Part shown: piece after piece, positions 31,278-40,629 of the stretch
How positions within the stretch are numbered: position 1 is the first letter of the stretch
Layout of the letters: each line of letters opens with the position of its first letter
Assembly (NCBI GenBank): GCA_964390745.1
Contig: CAYMIK010000001.1
Coordinates: 48,670-112,669 of the forward strand
DNA from: an uncultured Candidatus Saccharibacteria bacterium
Lineage (GTDB): Bacteria; Patescibacteriota; JAUYIX01; CAYMIK01
Direction: 5' to 3'
DNA length: 64,000 bases
Notes under the pieces: model-generated
Database searches by the model: none
The model's input: only the letters and a program-made list of their open reading frames with translations
What the model was told of the DNA's origin: nothing
Position numbers and translations under genes: made by a program

Positions 31278-33668
31278 ATGCCACGCAAAAGAAAAAACAG
31301 TTCCAAGATGCGAACAAGGCTTTCTGAAACGAATTCACGAAAGAAAAGCGAACCTGTGAGCCGATTTGATCTCAAACCCGAAACCAGCCGAGCTATTCTT
31401 GCGGTGGTGGTTTTCGTTTTGGCACTGATCTCGCTGCTCAGCATTTTCCACGCTGCAGGAACCTTTGGCAGACTGTGGATTCACTATGTTTCATTGCTTT
31501 TTGGAATTGGCGTGTATGTAATGCCGCTTTTGCTTGTCGCACTCGCATTTGCTATTTTGAATCTTAAAAAGTTTCCGACCAAGAAGACGACCTATCTGGG
31601 ATTTGTGTTGTTTGTTGTGGGCTTTGTTGGTTTAGCGCACCTTGCTGCAAACCAAGATCAGGCTCTGGATATTGCCGCACGGGGAACGGGCGGTGGATTT
31701 ATCGGGTATGGCATTTCTCGTCCCTTGTACCTGCTCTTTGGCGGTTGGGGAGCTTTGGTTATCCTTGTTGCGGATGTTGTTATTTCGCTCCTGTTGTTCT
31801 TCAATGAATCGATAAAGCTTATTATGGAAAAGATTCGTCTTGCAGACCGCGAGGTAGACGAAGACGAAGAAGCCGATGAAGAGAAAAAGCCTGCACTTGC
31901 ATCCGAAAAAGGACAGCCCAAGATGCGAATTTTGGATTTCAAAGATAAGATGGCCAAGAAAAAGGAAGACAACGTGAAGGTTTTGGAGATGCGCGAGAAG
32001 GGAAAAGAAGAAAGCTTTGGTCCTGCTATTGAAACGAAGAAAAATCGTGATATTAACTGGGAGTTTCCACCACTCAAGCTATTGGATGATGCATTGGATC
32101 GCCCTTCTTCGGGAGATATTAAGAGCAACGCGAAAATTATTCAGGATACTTTGGCCAACTTCGGTATAAATGTTGAGATGGGCGATGTTTCTGTTGGGCC
32201 AACCGTAACGCAGTATACCTTGCGTCCTGAAGCGGGAACCAAACTTTCAAAAATTGTAGCCTTGCAAAACGATTTGGCTTTGGCTTTGGCCGCTCACCCT
32301 ATTCGAATTGAAGCTCCTATTCCTGGAAAGTCTGTTGTGGGTATCGAAATTCCGAATGTTACTATTGCCACGGTCCGTATTCGTGAACTTTTGGAAAGCA
32401 AAGAATTTCACCAGGCCAAAGGTGACCTCTTGTTCCCACTTGGTCGCGATGTTTCTGGTGTGCCCATTGTCTCTACCGTTGAAAAGATGCCACACTTGTT
32501 GATCGCTGGTGCTACGGGTTCTGGTAAGTCTGTTGCCATTAACGCGCTGCTCATTAGCTTGCTCTACCACAACACTCCAGAAGATTTGAAACTTATTCTG
32601 GTTGACCCAAAACGCGTGGAACTTTCACACTACAACGATATACCGCACCTGCTTACACCCGTTATAACCGAAGCAAAGAAAACGGTGAACTCATTGAAGT
32701 GGATCGTGGGCGAAATGGATCGACGATACAAACTCTTGCAGGCACACGGTGCTCGAAACATCCAAAGCTACAACGAGAAAAATACCGAAAGTCATTTGCC
32801 AAAAATTGTTTTGGTCATTGATGAGTTGGCGGATCTCATGGCGGTTGCAGCACGCGAAGTAGAAGCTTCCATTGTTCGTTTGGCGCAAATGGCTCGTGCG
32901 GTGGGTATTCACTTGGTAGTAGCAACCCAGCGTCCTTCCGTTGATGTTATTACGGGTCTTATCAAGGCAAACATCCCAACACGTATTGCCTTTAGCGTGG
33001 CTTCTTCGGTAGATTCGCGAACTATTTTGGATACCGTAGGTGCTGATAAGTTGCTTGGAAATGGTGACATGCTGTATCTCCCGCAGGAACTTTCGAAACC
33101 AAAACGTATTCAGGGCGCATTCGTCAGTGAAGGTGAAGTCGAAAAAGTTACGGACTTTTTGAAGAACAAGCGCGAACCAGAATATGTTGAAGAGGTTACG
33201 GCAAAACAAGGCGCTGTTCCTGGAATCCCAGGAAGCGGTGACGAAGCTGACGATGACTTGTACGGCGAAGCAAAGCAGGTTGTTATTGAAATGGGTAAGG
33301 CTTCGGCTTCATTGTTACAACGACGTTTGCGCGTTGGATATGCTCGTGCTGCTCGCTTGATCGACCTTCTTGAGCAAAATGGTGTTGTTGGCCCAGGCGA
33401 AGGTGCAAAACCACGTGAGATTTTGATTGGCCAAGAAGGTGAAAATCTTGCAACCGTTTCTGATGGCGAAGGATTTGATGCGCACGATGGAGAGAAGCCT
33501 CGAATTGCTGAGGATGATGCAATGGAGAACGAAGAGTCACGTGATAGCTCGAACCATACAGAAGAACGGGAACCTACCCAAGAAACGCAAGAGTCACCCG
33601 AAGAAGACAACGATACGCCACCCGATGAAGATGACGATAACAACAACTCATCACGAAGAGACTGGTAA
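31278..33668 (+). CDS. ftsK: DNA translocase FtsK/SpoIIIE
   Basis: 4TM N-terminus, PHLLIAGATGSGKS, IDELADLM, ATQRPSVDV, gamma domain SLLQRRLRVGYARAARL and an acidic tail. Confidence 0.97.
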   Translation: MPRKRKNSSKMRTRLSETNSRKKSEPVSRFDLKPETSRAILAVVVFVLALISLLSIFHAAGTFGRLWIHYVSLLFGIGVYVMPLLLVALAFAILNLKKFPTKKTTYLGFVLFVVGFVGLAHLAANQDQALDIAARGTGGGFIGYGISRPLYLLFGGWGALVILVADVVISLLLFFNESIKLIMEKIRLADREVDEDEEADEEKKPALASEKGQPKMRILDFKDKMAKKKEDNVKVLEMREKGKEESFGPAIETKKNRDINWEFPPLKLLDDALDRPSSGDIKSNAKIIQDTLANFGINVEMGDVSVGPTVTQYTLRPEAGTKLSKIVALQNDLALALAAHPIRIEAPIPGKSVVGIEIPNVTIATVRIRELLESKEFHQAKGDLLFPLGRDVSGVPIVSTVEKMPHLLIAGATGSGKSVAINALLISLLYHNTPEDLKLILVDPKRVELSHYNDIPHLLTPVITEAKKTVNSLKWIVGEMDRRYKLLQAHGARNIQSYNEKNTESHLPKIVLVIDELADLMAVAAREVEASIVRLAQMARAVGIHLVVATQRPSVDVITGLIKANIPTRIAFSVASSVDSRTILDTVGADKLLGNGDMLYLPQELSKPKRIQGAFVSEGEVEKVTDFLKNKREPEYVEEVTAKQGAVPGIPGSGDEADDDLYGEAKQVVIEMGKASASLLQRRLRVGYARAARLIDLLEQNGVVGPGEGAKPREILIGQEGENLATVSDGEGFDAHDGEKPRIAEDDAMENEESRDSSNHTEEREPTQETQESPEEDNDTPPDEDDDNNNSSRRDW

Positions 33669-35143
33669 TGTCGATTGAAGACTATCTCACAAGGCCGCCC
33701 GTACCCGAAGACGATGCAAATCTTCCGGAGGTTCATGAACCTGTAGATACTCGCTGGTATTCTCGAATGGAGCAGTATGGCACATTCGAAGATTTTGCGT
33801 ACCTTGATGGGGCTGGATGGCGTCGTGAAGAAGAAAAACAAAAGTTCCTTGCCGGCGAAACAGAAAATCCTATGCTGGACTATCCAAAGATTCGTCCAGA
33901 GTTTTTGCATAATCGTTTGGTGAATCTTGTAATGCTGCGGGAAGAGATTGAAGCAGAAGAGCAAGATCCCTACGTGAAAAGTGAGTATCTTGCAAAGATC
34001 AATCATCGCCTTGCCGAAGCTACTATGCTCCAGGCAACACTTCGTGGAGACATGGAACAATTTGATGAGTGCAGCAAGTTTATCTACGGTGACCCATCGC
34101 CAGAAATCTTTTCATACTTTGTTCACCGCAGAAGGGAACAGGCAAAGAAGCTTCTCGAGAGTCCCGATGAATTCAAAAGAGCGGCTGCGCAAGATTTTCT
34201 TGATTCGTTTCCCGATGTTGAGAAACCAGACCTCGAACCGGTTCCGGCAGAGTTTGTGAAGAAGGTTGGAGAACAAGTACATACGGAGCTACGAGAAGTC
34301 TGGGGAGTTGATGCAAAAGAAGGCGAAAGAGAGTATGCCTCCGAAGAAGTTCTAGAACTCGTCGAAGAGTTGCTTCAAAAACTTGAAGCAGAAGGATGGA
34401 GAGCTCGGCTCGCTGATCGGGGAGGATTCTCTATCAGCCAAGAAGAGCGGGCAGTAAATATTCCAAGGAACAAAAGGTACAAAGAAGCTGCTCTCTATGA
34501 GCTTTTGACCCATGAAATTTTGACGCATGTAGCCAAGCGTGTCATTGGTGCGCGCACGAATATTCAGCTTTATCAAATCGGCTCTGATGATTACGATATC
34601 GGCGAGGAGGGCCTTACGACGCTGAGGCAGTCAGCGCTGTTTGGTAAGTACAAAGAATATGCGGGTGGCGAAAACTATGTAGGAATATCGGTGGCACGTG
34701 GATTTGAAAGACAGGAAGATGGTTCTATTCAGGCAACCCACCCACGAGATTTTCGTGAGACATTCGATATGATGAAAAAGTATTCAAAGGTTGGTTTGCT
34801 GATAGACAATCCAAAGATATCCGAGCAAGATCTCGAAAAACAATCCAAGGACGCTGCTTGGACGAGATGCGTGCGAACATTCCGTGGAACAGATTGCAAA
34901 ACCAAGGGTGTATGTCTGAATCGTGACTTATTTTACGCCGATGGAAATATAAAGATGTGGCGACTCTTTCAAGAGAACGGCGAAAACAGCATTCCATACA
35001 CCATGGCGATCTCTATGATTGGAAAAACAAATCCTACAAACCCGCAAACCCTCAAAGCAGGCTCGCATTTTAACCTCATGATGGTTCGTTTTCAGCGAGA
35101 CGCCACCAATGCAGAGGTGCAGGCGCTCCGACATCCCCAATAG
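33668..35143 (+). CDS. DUF1704 / MATCAP-like gluzincin metallopeptidase
   Basis: HEILTH (HExxxH) followed by GEEGL, and later R.FRG and RD..Y.DG motifs typical of this family. Confidence 0.75.
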   Translation: MSIEDYLTRPPVPEDDANLPEVHEPVDTRWYSRMEQYGTFEDFAYLDGAGWRREEEKQKFLAGETENPMLDYPKIRPEFLHNRLVNLVMLREEIEAEEQDPYVKSEYLAKINHRLAEATMLQATLRGDMEQFDECSKFIYGDPSPEIFSYFVHRRREQAKKLLESPDEFKRAAAQDFLDSFPDVEKPDLEPVPAEFVKKVGEQVHTELREVWGVDAKEGEREYASEEVLELVEELLQKLEAEGWRARLADRGGFSISQEERAVNIPRNKRYKEAALYELLTHEILTHVAKRVIGARTNIQLYQIGSDDYDIGEEGLTTLRQSALFGKYKEYAGGENYVGISVARGFERQEDGSIQATHPRDFRETFDMMKKYSKVGLLIDNPKISEQDLEKQSKDAAWTRCVRTFRGTDCKTKGVCLNRDLFYADGNIKMWRLFQENGENSIPYTMAISMIGKTNPTNPQTLKAGSHFNLMMVRFQRDATNAEVQALRHPQ

Positions 35144-35354
35144 GTTTTCGCAGCTTTTTACCCCGATTTTAGGCTAAAAAGAGGCTCATTTGATTGTGGA
35201 AACCTTTTTATGCTATAATAGATAGGTCAAATTCAGAAAACGAGTGGCCCCAAAGGCCATTTTTGTTTTTCTGCCTCTTTTGAACAACTAGGCAGATGTG
35301 AAAAAAAGCCAAGAAACATTTCTTGGCATCTTTGCTTTGAGGTGTCTACGTGTG

Positions 35355-36968
35355 TTAGGCGAATATTAAATTCGCTGAATTCTGTGGTACCAGATTTGGA
35401 AGCAGTGAGGTCCCCGACATCTGTGCTGGTTTTGGGACACCCATGATATCTAAAATAGTTGGTGCAACATCGGCCAAAATGCCTGCAGGCGTGAGCCAGC
35501 CTTCATAGACATCATCGAGGTTTTGTGGCTCTTGTAAACCATTGTATGACGAGATCATAATCAGCGGCACAGGGTTCGATGTGTGTTCTTTGTCGATTTG
35601 CCCGGTCTGTGGATCAATCTTTTGTTCGGCGTTTCCATGGTCGCCGGTTATGAGCACAACGCCACCAAGCCCAGTTACAAGTTCGGTAAGTCGTCCGATT
35701 TGTCCATCAAGGGTTTCGAGAGCTTCAATGGTTGCTGGCAAATTTCCCGTGTGGCCAACCATGTCAGGGTTGGCGTAGTTGATGACAACGAAATCGTAGT
35801 ACCCGCGCTTTATCGCATCAAAAGTCTTATCCGTTATCTCGTAGGCGCTCATACCGGGAACGGTGGAGTAGTCAGCAACGGGCTTGGATGGAACCAAGAT
35901 TCTATCTTCGTTCAAGAAGGGTTTTTCTTCGCCACCGTTAAAAAAGTAGGTAACGTGCGCGTACTTTTCTGTTTCGGCAACGTGCAATTGACGGAATCCA
36001 CGTTCTGATAATGTTTTTGCTAAAGGACTTTCTACCTTCGGGTTTGGAAAGGCAACTTGTACTGGCATGGCTTCTTCGTATTCTGTCATCGTGACAAAAT
36101 AGAGAGAGCGCACGTATCGAGCACGATTAAATTTTTCGAAACCCGGAAGCGCAATGGCCTTGGTTAGTTCGCGTGCGCGGTCTGCGCGGAAGTTGAAAAA
36201 CACGGCAGCATCACCATCTTGGATTCTGGTAAGTGGTGCTCCGTTGCTTTGCATGATAACGGTTGGTTCGAGTTGTTCATCAAAAATATTTTGTGCATAA
36301 CTTGAACGAATCGCATCAAGTGGGTCAGTGGCTTGAACACCAACGCCTTCTGCTATGGCATTGTAAGCTTTCTCAACGCGATCCCAGTTGTTGTTTCGGT
36401 CCATCGCAAAGTAGCGTCCGGAAAGTGACGCGATCTGACCCACGCCGATTCGTTTTATTTCCTCCAGAAGTTTTTCGATGTACTGCGAAGCTGAATTGTA
36501 TGGAGTGTCACGGCCGTCAAGAATGGCATGAACAAAAACATTCTTTAAGTCCTGTTGCTTGGCAAATTCCAAAAGGGCGACACAGTGGTCAAAGCTTGCG
36601 TGAACGCCGCCGGGGGAGACGAGACCAATAATATGAAAAGCAGAATTATTTTTTTTGACCTGTTGCGCAGCTTTTTTGAATTCTTTGTTTTCGAAGAATG
36701 ATCCATCGTCAATGGCCATATTGATACGAGGCTCATTTTGATAGAGTATAGTTCCCGCACCAATGGTTTGATGGCCCACTTCGGAGTTTCCCGGGTCGCC
36801 CCAAGGAAGTCCTACGGAAATTCCGGCAGCTTGCAATGAGACACTTGGGAAAAACGAAAAATAGCTCTCCAGATTGGGCATTTTGGCGAGTCGAATAGCG
36901 TTTCCTTCATTTTTTGGTCCACAGCCGAAACCATCCAGGACCATGAGAACGACCGGCTTGGGTCGCAT
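35355..36968 (-). CDS. gpmI: 2,3-bisphosphoglycerate-independent phosphoglycerate mutase
   Basis: LDGFG, GNSEVGH, DGRDT, GRYFAMDR, AETEKYAHVT, NPDMVGHTG and DHGNAE. Confidence 0.97.
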   Translation of the reverse strand: MRPKPVVLMVLDGFGCGPKNEGNAIRLAKMPNLESYFSFFPSVSLQAAGISVGLPWGDPGNSEVGHQTIGAGTILYQNEPRINMAIDDGSFFENKEFKKAAQQVKKNNSAFHIIGLVSPGGVHASFDHCVALLEFAKQQDLKNVFVHAILDGRDTPYNSASQYIEKLLEEIKRIGVGQIASLSGRYFAMDRNNNWDRVEKAYNAIAEGVGVQATDPLDAIRSSYAQNIFDEQLEPTVIMQSNGAPLTRIQDGDAAVFFNFRADRARELTKAIALPGFEKFNRARYVRSLYFVTMTEYEEAMPVQVAFPNPKVESPLAKTLSERGFRQLHVAETEKYAHVTYFFNGGEEKPFLNEDRILVPSKPVADYSTVPGMSAYEITDKTFDAIKRGYYDFVVINYANPDMVGHTGNLPATIEALETLDGQIGRLTELVTGLGGVVLITGDHGNAEQKIDPQTGQIDKEHTSNPVPLIMISSYNGLQEPQNLDDVYEGWLTPAGILADVAPTILDIMGVPKPAQMSGTSLLPNLVPQNSANLIFA

Positions 36969-37068
36969 TGTTTTTCCGCTCCTTTCGTGCAGGAATTATA
37001 CCATAAAATAAGCCACTACTTCTGGTGGTCCAAGAAGGGAGAGCCCCACTTGGGTCAGCTCAAAAGCG

Positions 37069-38151
37069 CTATTTCTGCTTCTTCGATAGCAACTTCCTTA
37101 AATCCTTTTTCTTTGTGAGAATGTCAGCCCAAGCATCACCTGATTTTTCGAGTATGTTTGGCACATTTGCCATGGTGAAATCTTTTGGTGAAACGGTTTC
37201 CAGCTGCTTCCAGGAAACCGGCATTGAAACAGTAGCATCTTTGTAGGCGCGGACACTGTAGATAGAAGCGAGCGTCTTTCCTAGAGAGTTTTGGTTGAAG
37301 TCAAAAAAGATTTTTCCACGACGCTTCGGTACAGACCACTCCATTGTAATCTTTTTGGGGTCAGACTGAAGTATAAAGTTTCCAATTTCTCGTGCCATCT
37401 CTCGCGTTTCTTCGTAGGTTACGTCTCGTTTTATTGGAGTGTAGATATGGATGCCAGTTTTTCCAGAAAGCTTCACGAACGGTGTGAGTTGTAGCTGTTT
37501 CATAACATCGTACACTTTGAATGCTACCTCACGAGTTGCTTCAAAAGACTTTTTATTGCGCTCGGGTTCAGCATGGGCCTTCTCTTTGCCCGAATATATA
37601 TAGGGATCCAGGTCAAAGACCATAAAATCTGGATAGTTCAAAATACTTTTCCGAACATTCTCTTTTGAACTGGTAAATTTTGTTGGTTTCTTTGCAGCGT
37701 CGGGCGCACTCGTATTCATTCGCGAGTACCATGGGTGAAAATCAACTATACCAAGCTGAACGAACCACAGAATGGTTTGAAGGTTTTCAACAAGAAAGAA
37801 CGGGAAGTCCGATTCTTTGTCTCCCGAGAACATGTCGAATGTTTTTACGAACTTTGGCACCTCGCTTTGCGGGTGTTTTTGAAAGAACGATAAACCCGTA
37901 ACACCATGCGGATATCGAACTACTGTCACGGGCCGATCTTTGAGGTGGGGTAACAAGTATGGCGAAACATTTGTGTAGTACGCAAGAAGCTCGCGTTTCG
38001 TATACCCCCTGCTTTCTCTGGTCTTGGGCCAAAATGGTTTATCGAGATGTGTCACCTCAATATGATCAGAACCAATCTTTAGCGAGCCGCCCTCATTGGG
38101 CAGCTCTTTGAGTTGTTGTAAGGTCGCTTTTGCAACTTTCTTAGAAGTCAT
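37069..38151 (-). CDS. NHEJ primase-polymerase (stand-alone LigD polymerase domain)
   Basis: THLDKPFWP, RYPHG..FFQK, FDLDP, KLSGKTGIHIYTP, IFFDFNQN..GKT and YSVRA. Confidence 0.92.
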   Translation of the reverse strand: MTSKKVAKATLQQLKELPNEGGSLKIGSDHIEVTHLDKPFWPKTRESRGYTKRELLAYYTNVSPYLLPHLKDRPVTVVRYPHGVTGLSFFQKHPQSEVPKFVKTFDMFSGDKESDFPFFLVENLQTILWFVQLGIVDFHPWYSRMNTSAPDAAKKPTKFTSSKENVRKSILNYPDFMVFDLDPYIYSGKEKAHAEPERNKKSFEATREVAFKVYDVMKQLQLTPFVKLSGKTGIHIYTPIKRDVTYEETREMAREIGNFILQSDPKKITMEWSVPKRRGKIFFDFNQNSLGKTLASIYSVRAYKDATVSMPVSWKQLETVSPKDFTMANVPNILEKSGDAWADILTKKKDLRKLLSKKQK

Positions 38152-39158
38152 TTTGGCCTTTCGAGGATTACGTCTTTTGGCTTTTTATCAACACGAAGCC
38201 CCACAAAAACGGGCTTGCGAAGTTTCACGTCACGTGTAACTTCGGCATATTTTACCTCGCACACAAACTGCGGGCGCATCCAGTGTGGGCGCGCGGCCAT
38301 GAGTCCGTAAGTTTCAAAGGGGGAGGTTTGACGTTCCAGTTTTCGAAATTTTTTCATGAGGTCCAGAAGCATCTGGTCATTAAAACCCGTACCAACATTT
38401 CCCATGTGGATGAGTTTCTTGGTTTTTGGATCATGTGTTCCAAGAATCAGCGCGCCAAAGACATCGTTTCGAGCACCTTTGCCTTCTGTCCAGCCACAAA
38501 TAATAAATTCTTGTTGGTTATTACCTTTTATCTTTTGCCAGATTCGTGTTCCTGCAACGTATTCGCTCTCGGCATGTTTTGCAACCATTCCTTCGAAACC
38601 TTTTTGCATCATGAGCCTGAAAAACTTCTTTCCTGTTTTTGGAACCGCCGGAACAAATTGCACCAAACCTTTTTTGGGTACGACTCTCTCAAGAAAGTTT
38701 TTTCGCTCAATAAACGGGACACGAACAAAGCTTCGTCCTTCGAAGTAGGGAAGATCAAAGACGAAAAAAGCGACAGGATGCTTGGTGACCAGTGTGGAAA
38801 TATCTTCATCGGTTCCAATGCCAAGCCGTGGTTGAATGTCTTGAAAGCCCAAGATATTCGTATTCGAGATTGCGGTAATCTCGCCGTCCAAAACAAAGTT
38901 TTTGTAAGGAAGTCTGGCGACCGCTGCGGCAATTTCCGGAAACTGATAGGAAATATCATTTCCACGACGCGTAACGAGTGAAACCTTGGGCCCTTTCTTG
39001 AATGCAAGCGCACGAACACCATCAAACTTTACTTCAAAGAAAGTTTCAGCGTCATCAAATGGTTCGGCAATGAGCTGACACAGTGCTGGCACAAAAAACT
39101 TGGGATAAGCGGCCCGTTTTGCAAGAGATGGAGAAAGTTTTTTGTGAGCCACAGCCAT
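38148..39158 (-). CDS. ATP-dependent DNA ligase (stand-alone LigD ligase domain)
   Basis: EVKFDGVR adenylation motif, FDL, EGMVAK, WQKIK and OB-fold GNVGTGF..LRKPVFVGLRVDK. Confidence 0.93.
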   Translation of the reverse strand: MAVAHKKLSPSLAKRAAYPKFFVPALCQLIAEPFDDAETFFEVKFDGVRALAFKKGPKVSLVTRRGNDISYQFPEIAAAVARLPYKNFVLDGEITAISNTNILGFQDIQPRLGIGTDEDISTLVTKHPVAFFVFDLPYFEGRSFVRVPFIERKNFLERVVPKKGLVQFVPAVPKTGKKFFRLMMQKGFEGMVAKHAESEYVAGTRIWQKIKGNNQQEFIICGWTEGKGARNDVFGALILGTHDPKTKKLIHMGNVGTGFNDQMLLDLMKKFRKLERQTSPFETYGLMAARPHWMRPQFVCEVKYAEVTRDVKLRKPVFVGLRVDKKPKDVILERPK

Positions 39159-39161
39159 ATA

Positions 39162-39941
39162 TTACTTCGCTACCTTTAAGCTTTCTTGCAAGATGCTCAT
39201 TAGGTCACCAACTTCTACCTTCTTTACGCTCTTGGTTTCTTTTGGAACCTTCAATTTGCCATGACGCTTCTTCTCGATGAGTGCCAACAGTCGTTTCTTG
39301 TAGGTGTCAGTATATTTCGTGGCATCAAACTTGTCAGTCATTTGAGAAATCAGCGAGTGCGCCATTTGAATTTCTTTTTTGGAAAATTCTTGTTTCGGTA
39401 TGGAAACAATTTCTTCTACCGGGCGAAGTGTTTGTGCAAAGTGCATCAGTTCCAACATGAGCGCACCCTTGCGTTCCGTGATGGCTGCTAAATGTTGTTT
39501 ATTTCGAATGACTACTTTGGCAATGCCAAGCTTATCAGAATCATGAAGTGCCTTGGCGAGCAATGAATACGCGCGTTTGCCACCAGTGTCTGGCGCAAGA
39601 GCGTAGGGTTTATCAAATAATAGTGGGTCAACCTCTGATCGATCAACGAACTCCAGGATGCTTACACTTTTTGTGAGTTCTAAGTCTGCGCGCTTAAAAT
39701 CTTTATCGTCTAAAATGACGTACTTTCCTTTTTTGTATTCATATCCTCGGACAATTTCGTCCCAAGGAATGGCACGATTGGAGTTTTGTTCCACGCGAGC
39801 AAAGTGGATGGGTTTCAAATCGGTTTTATGCAAAAAATGAAAACGCAAATTTTCTGTTTTTTGAACAGAGTGCAAAGAAACGGGTATGGAGACGAGTCCA
39901 AAACCGATGGTGCCTTTCCAGAGCGGGCGTCCAGACTTCAT
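39162..39941 (-). CDS. ku: Non-homologous end joining protein Ku
   Basis: RPLWKGTIGFGLVSIPV, RGYEY, AYSLL..AL and Y.D.Y...L..LI..K. Confidence 0.95.
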   Translation of the reverse strand: MKSGRPLWKGTIGFGLVSIPVSLHSVQKTENLRFHFLHKTDLKPIHFARVEQNSNRAIPWDEIVRGYEYKKGKYVILDDKDFKRADLELTKSVSILEFVDRSEVDPLLFDKPYALAPDTGGKRAYSLLAKALHDSDKLGIAKVVIRNKQHLAAITERKGALMLELMHFAQTLRPVEEIVSIPKQEFSKKEIQMAHSLISQMTDKFDATKYTDTYKKRLLALIEKKRHGKLKVPKETKSVKKVEVGDLMSILQESLKVAK

Positions 39942-40039
39942 ACAACCTCAAATTATTACCCTTGTATTCTAGCGCGAATCGAGAAAAATGTCTTGAGGTT
40001 GGCGATTCTCTGAGCGTAGTTATTTTGCAAAAAGAATCA

Positions 40040-40065
40040 CACCGGCTCGGGGCAGCGAGCCGGTG
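40040..40065 (-). terminator. Terminator of islet C
   Basis: CACCGGCTCG-N6-CGAGCCGGTG followed on the minus strand by TGATTCTTTTTGCAAAA. Three smaller hairpins lie between it and the stop at 40138. Confidence 0.7.
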
Positions 40066-40137
40066 AAGAAGGGATGCGCGGAATTTCGCGCGATAGTACT
40101 GATTGTCATCTGGCCTGCCCGCCAGAGAGCCCAGCTC

Positions 40138-40485
40138 TCAGCCTGTACGCTGCCGCTGCTCGTTCGCCGAGCAGAGCACGGCAACGGTGCCACGCACATC
40201 GCGGAGGTGGGCCTCCGCGTTCGGCATCCTGTCCCTGATCATGAAGATCAGTTCGGGGTAGGCGGGCGTAAGCAGCGTGTCCACCTCGACGATCACGGTC
40301 GTTGCGCCCAGCATGAGCGCAGCGTTGGGACCCTGTGCGAACCGGGTCAGTACTGCCGCCAGGTTCCGTACGAGCTCCGGGCGCGCGTGGCCATCCAAAG
40401 GATCGGATGGGTCCCGGGCGATGCCCCGCAGTGAGAACCGCGGGCATCCATTTTCGAGACTTCCTTCGGGAATCGTGATTTCCAT
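40138..40485 (-). CDS. Hypothetical protein (ORFan, islet C)
   Basis: ATG at 40485 (MEITIPEG) follows GGAGG; GC-rich. Confidence 0.75.
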   Translation of the reverse strand: MEITIPEGSLENGCPRFSLRGIARDPSDPLDGHARPELVRNLAAVLTRFAQGPNAALMLGATTVIVEVDTLLTPAYPELIFMIRDRMPNAEAHLRDVRGTVAVLCSANEQRQRTG

Positions 40486-40513
40486 CGTTTCCTCCAAACA
40501 CGGGGTTTAACTC

Positions 40514-40542
40514 AGTATATGAAGGCATTAGCATCCTGTCAA
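40514..40542 (-). promoter_or_regulatory. Sigma70 promoter TTGACA-17-TATACT (islet C)
   Basis: Near-perfect consensus on the minus strand. Confidence 0.8.
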
Positions 40543-40629
40543 TGAACACAAAAAGAGTTCAGCGATCATGGTTGCCCAAAAGAAAGATCCAGGGTATAAT
40601 TTACAAACATCTTGGGGCTAACTCTTTTC

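Noticed and set aside
16714-33668. Numerous antisense or alternate-frame ORFs over rpoBC, the surface proteins and ftsK (e.g. 20250..21026, 33110..34060)
   Set aside because: Shadow ORFs of well-supported genes, with no motifs or start signals.
37022-37062. TGGTGG (CCACCA on the minus strand) as a tRNA 3' end or att site beside the NHEJ operon
   Set aside because: No T-arm GTTCRA motif or cloverleaf. It is better explained as an imperfect terminator hairpin.
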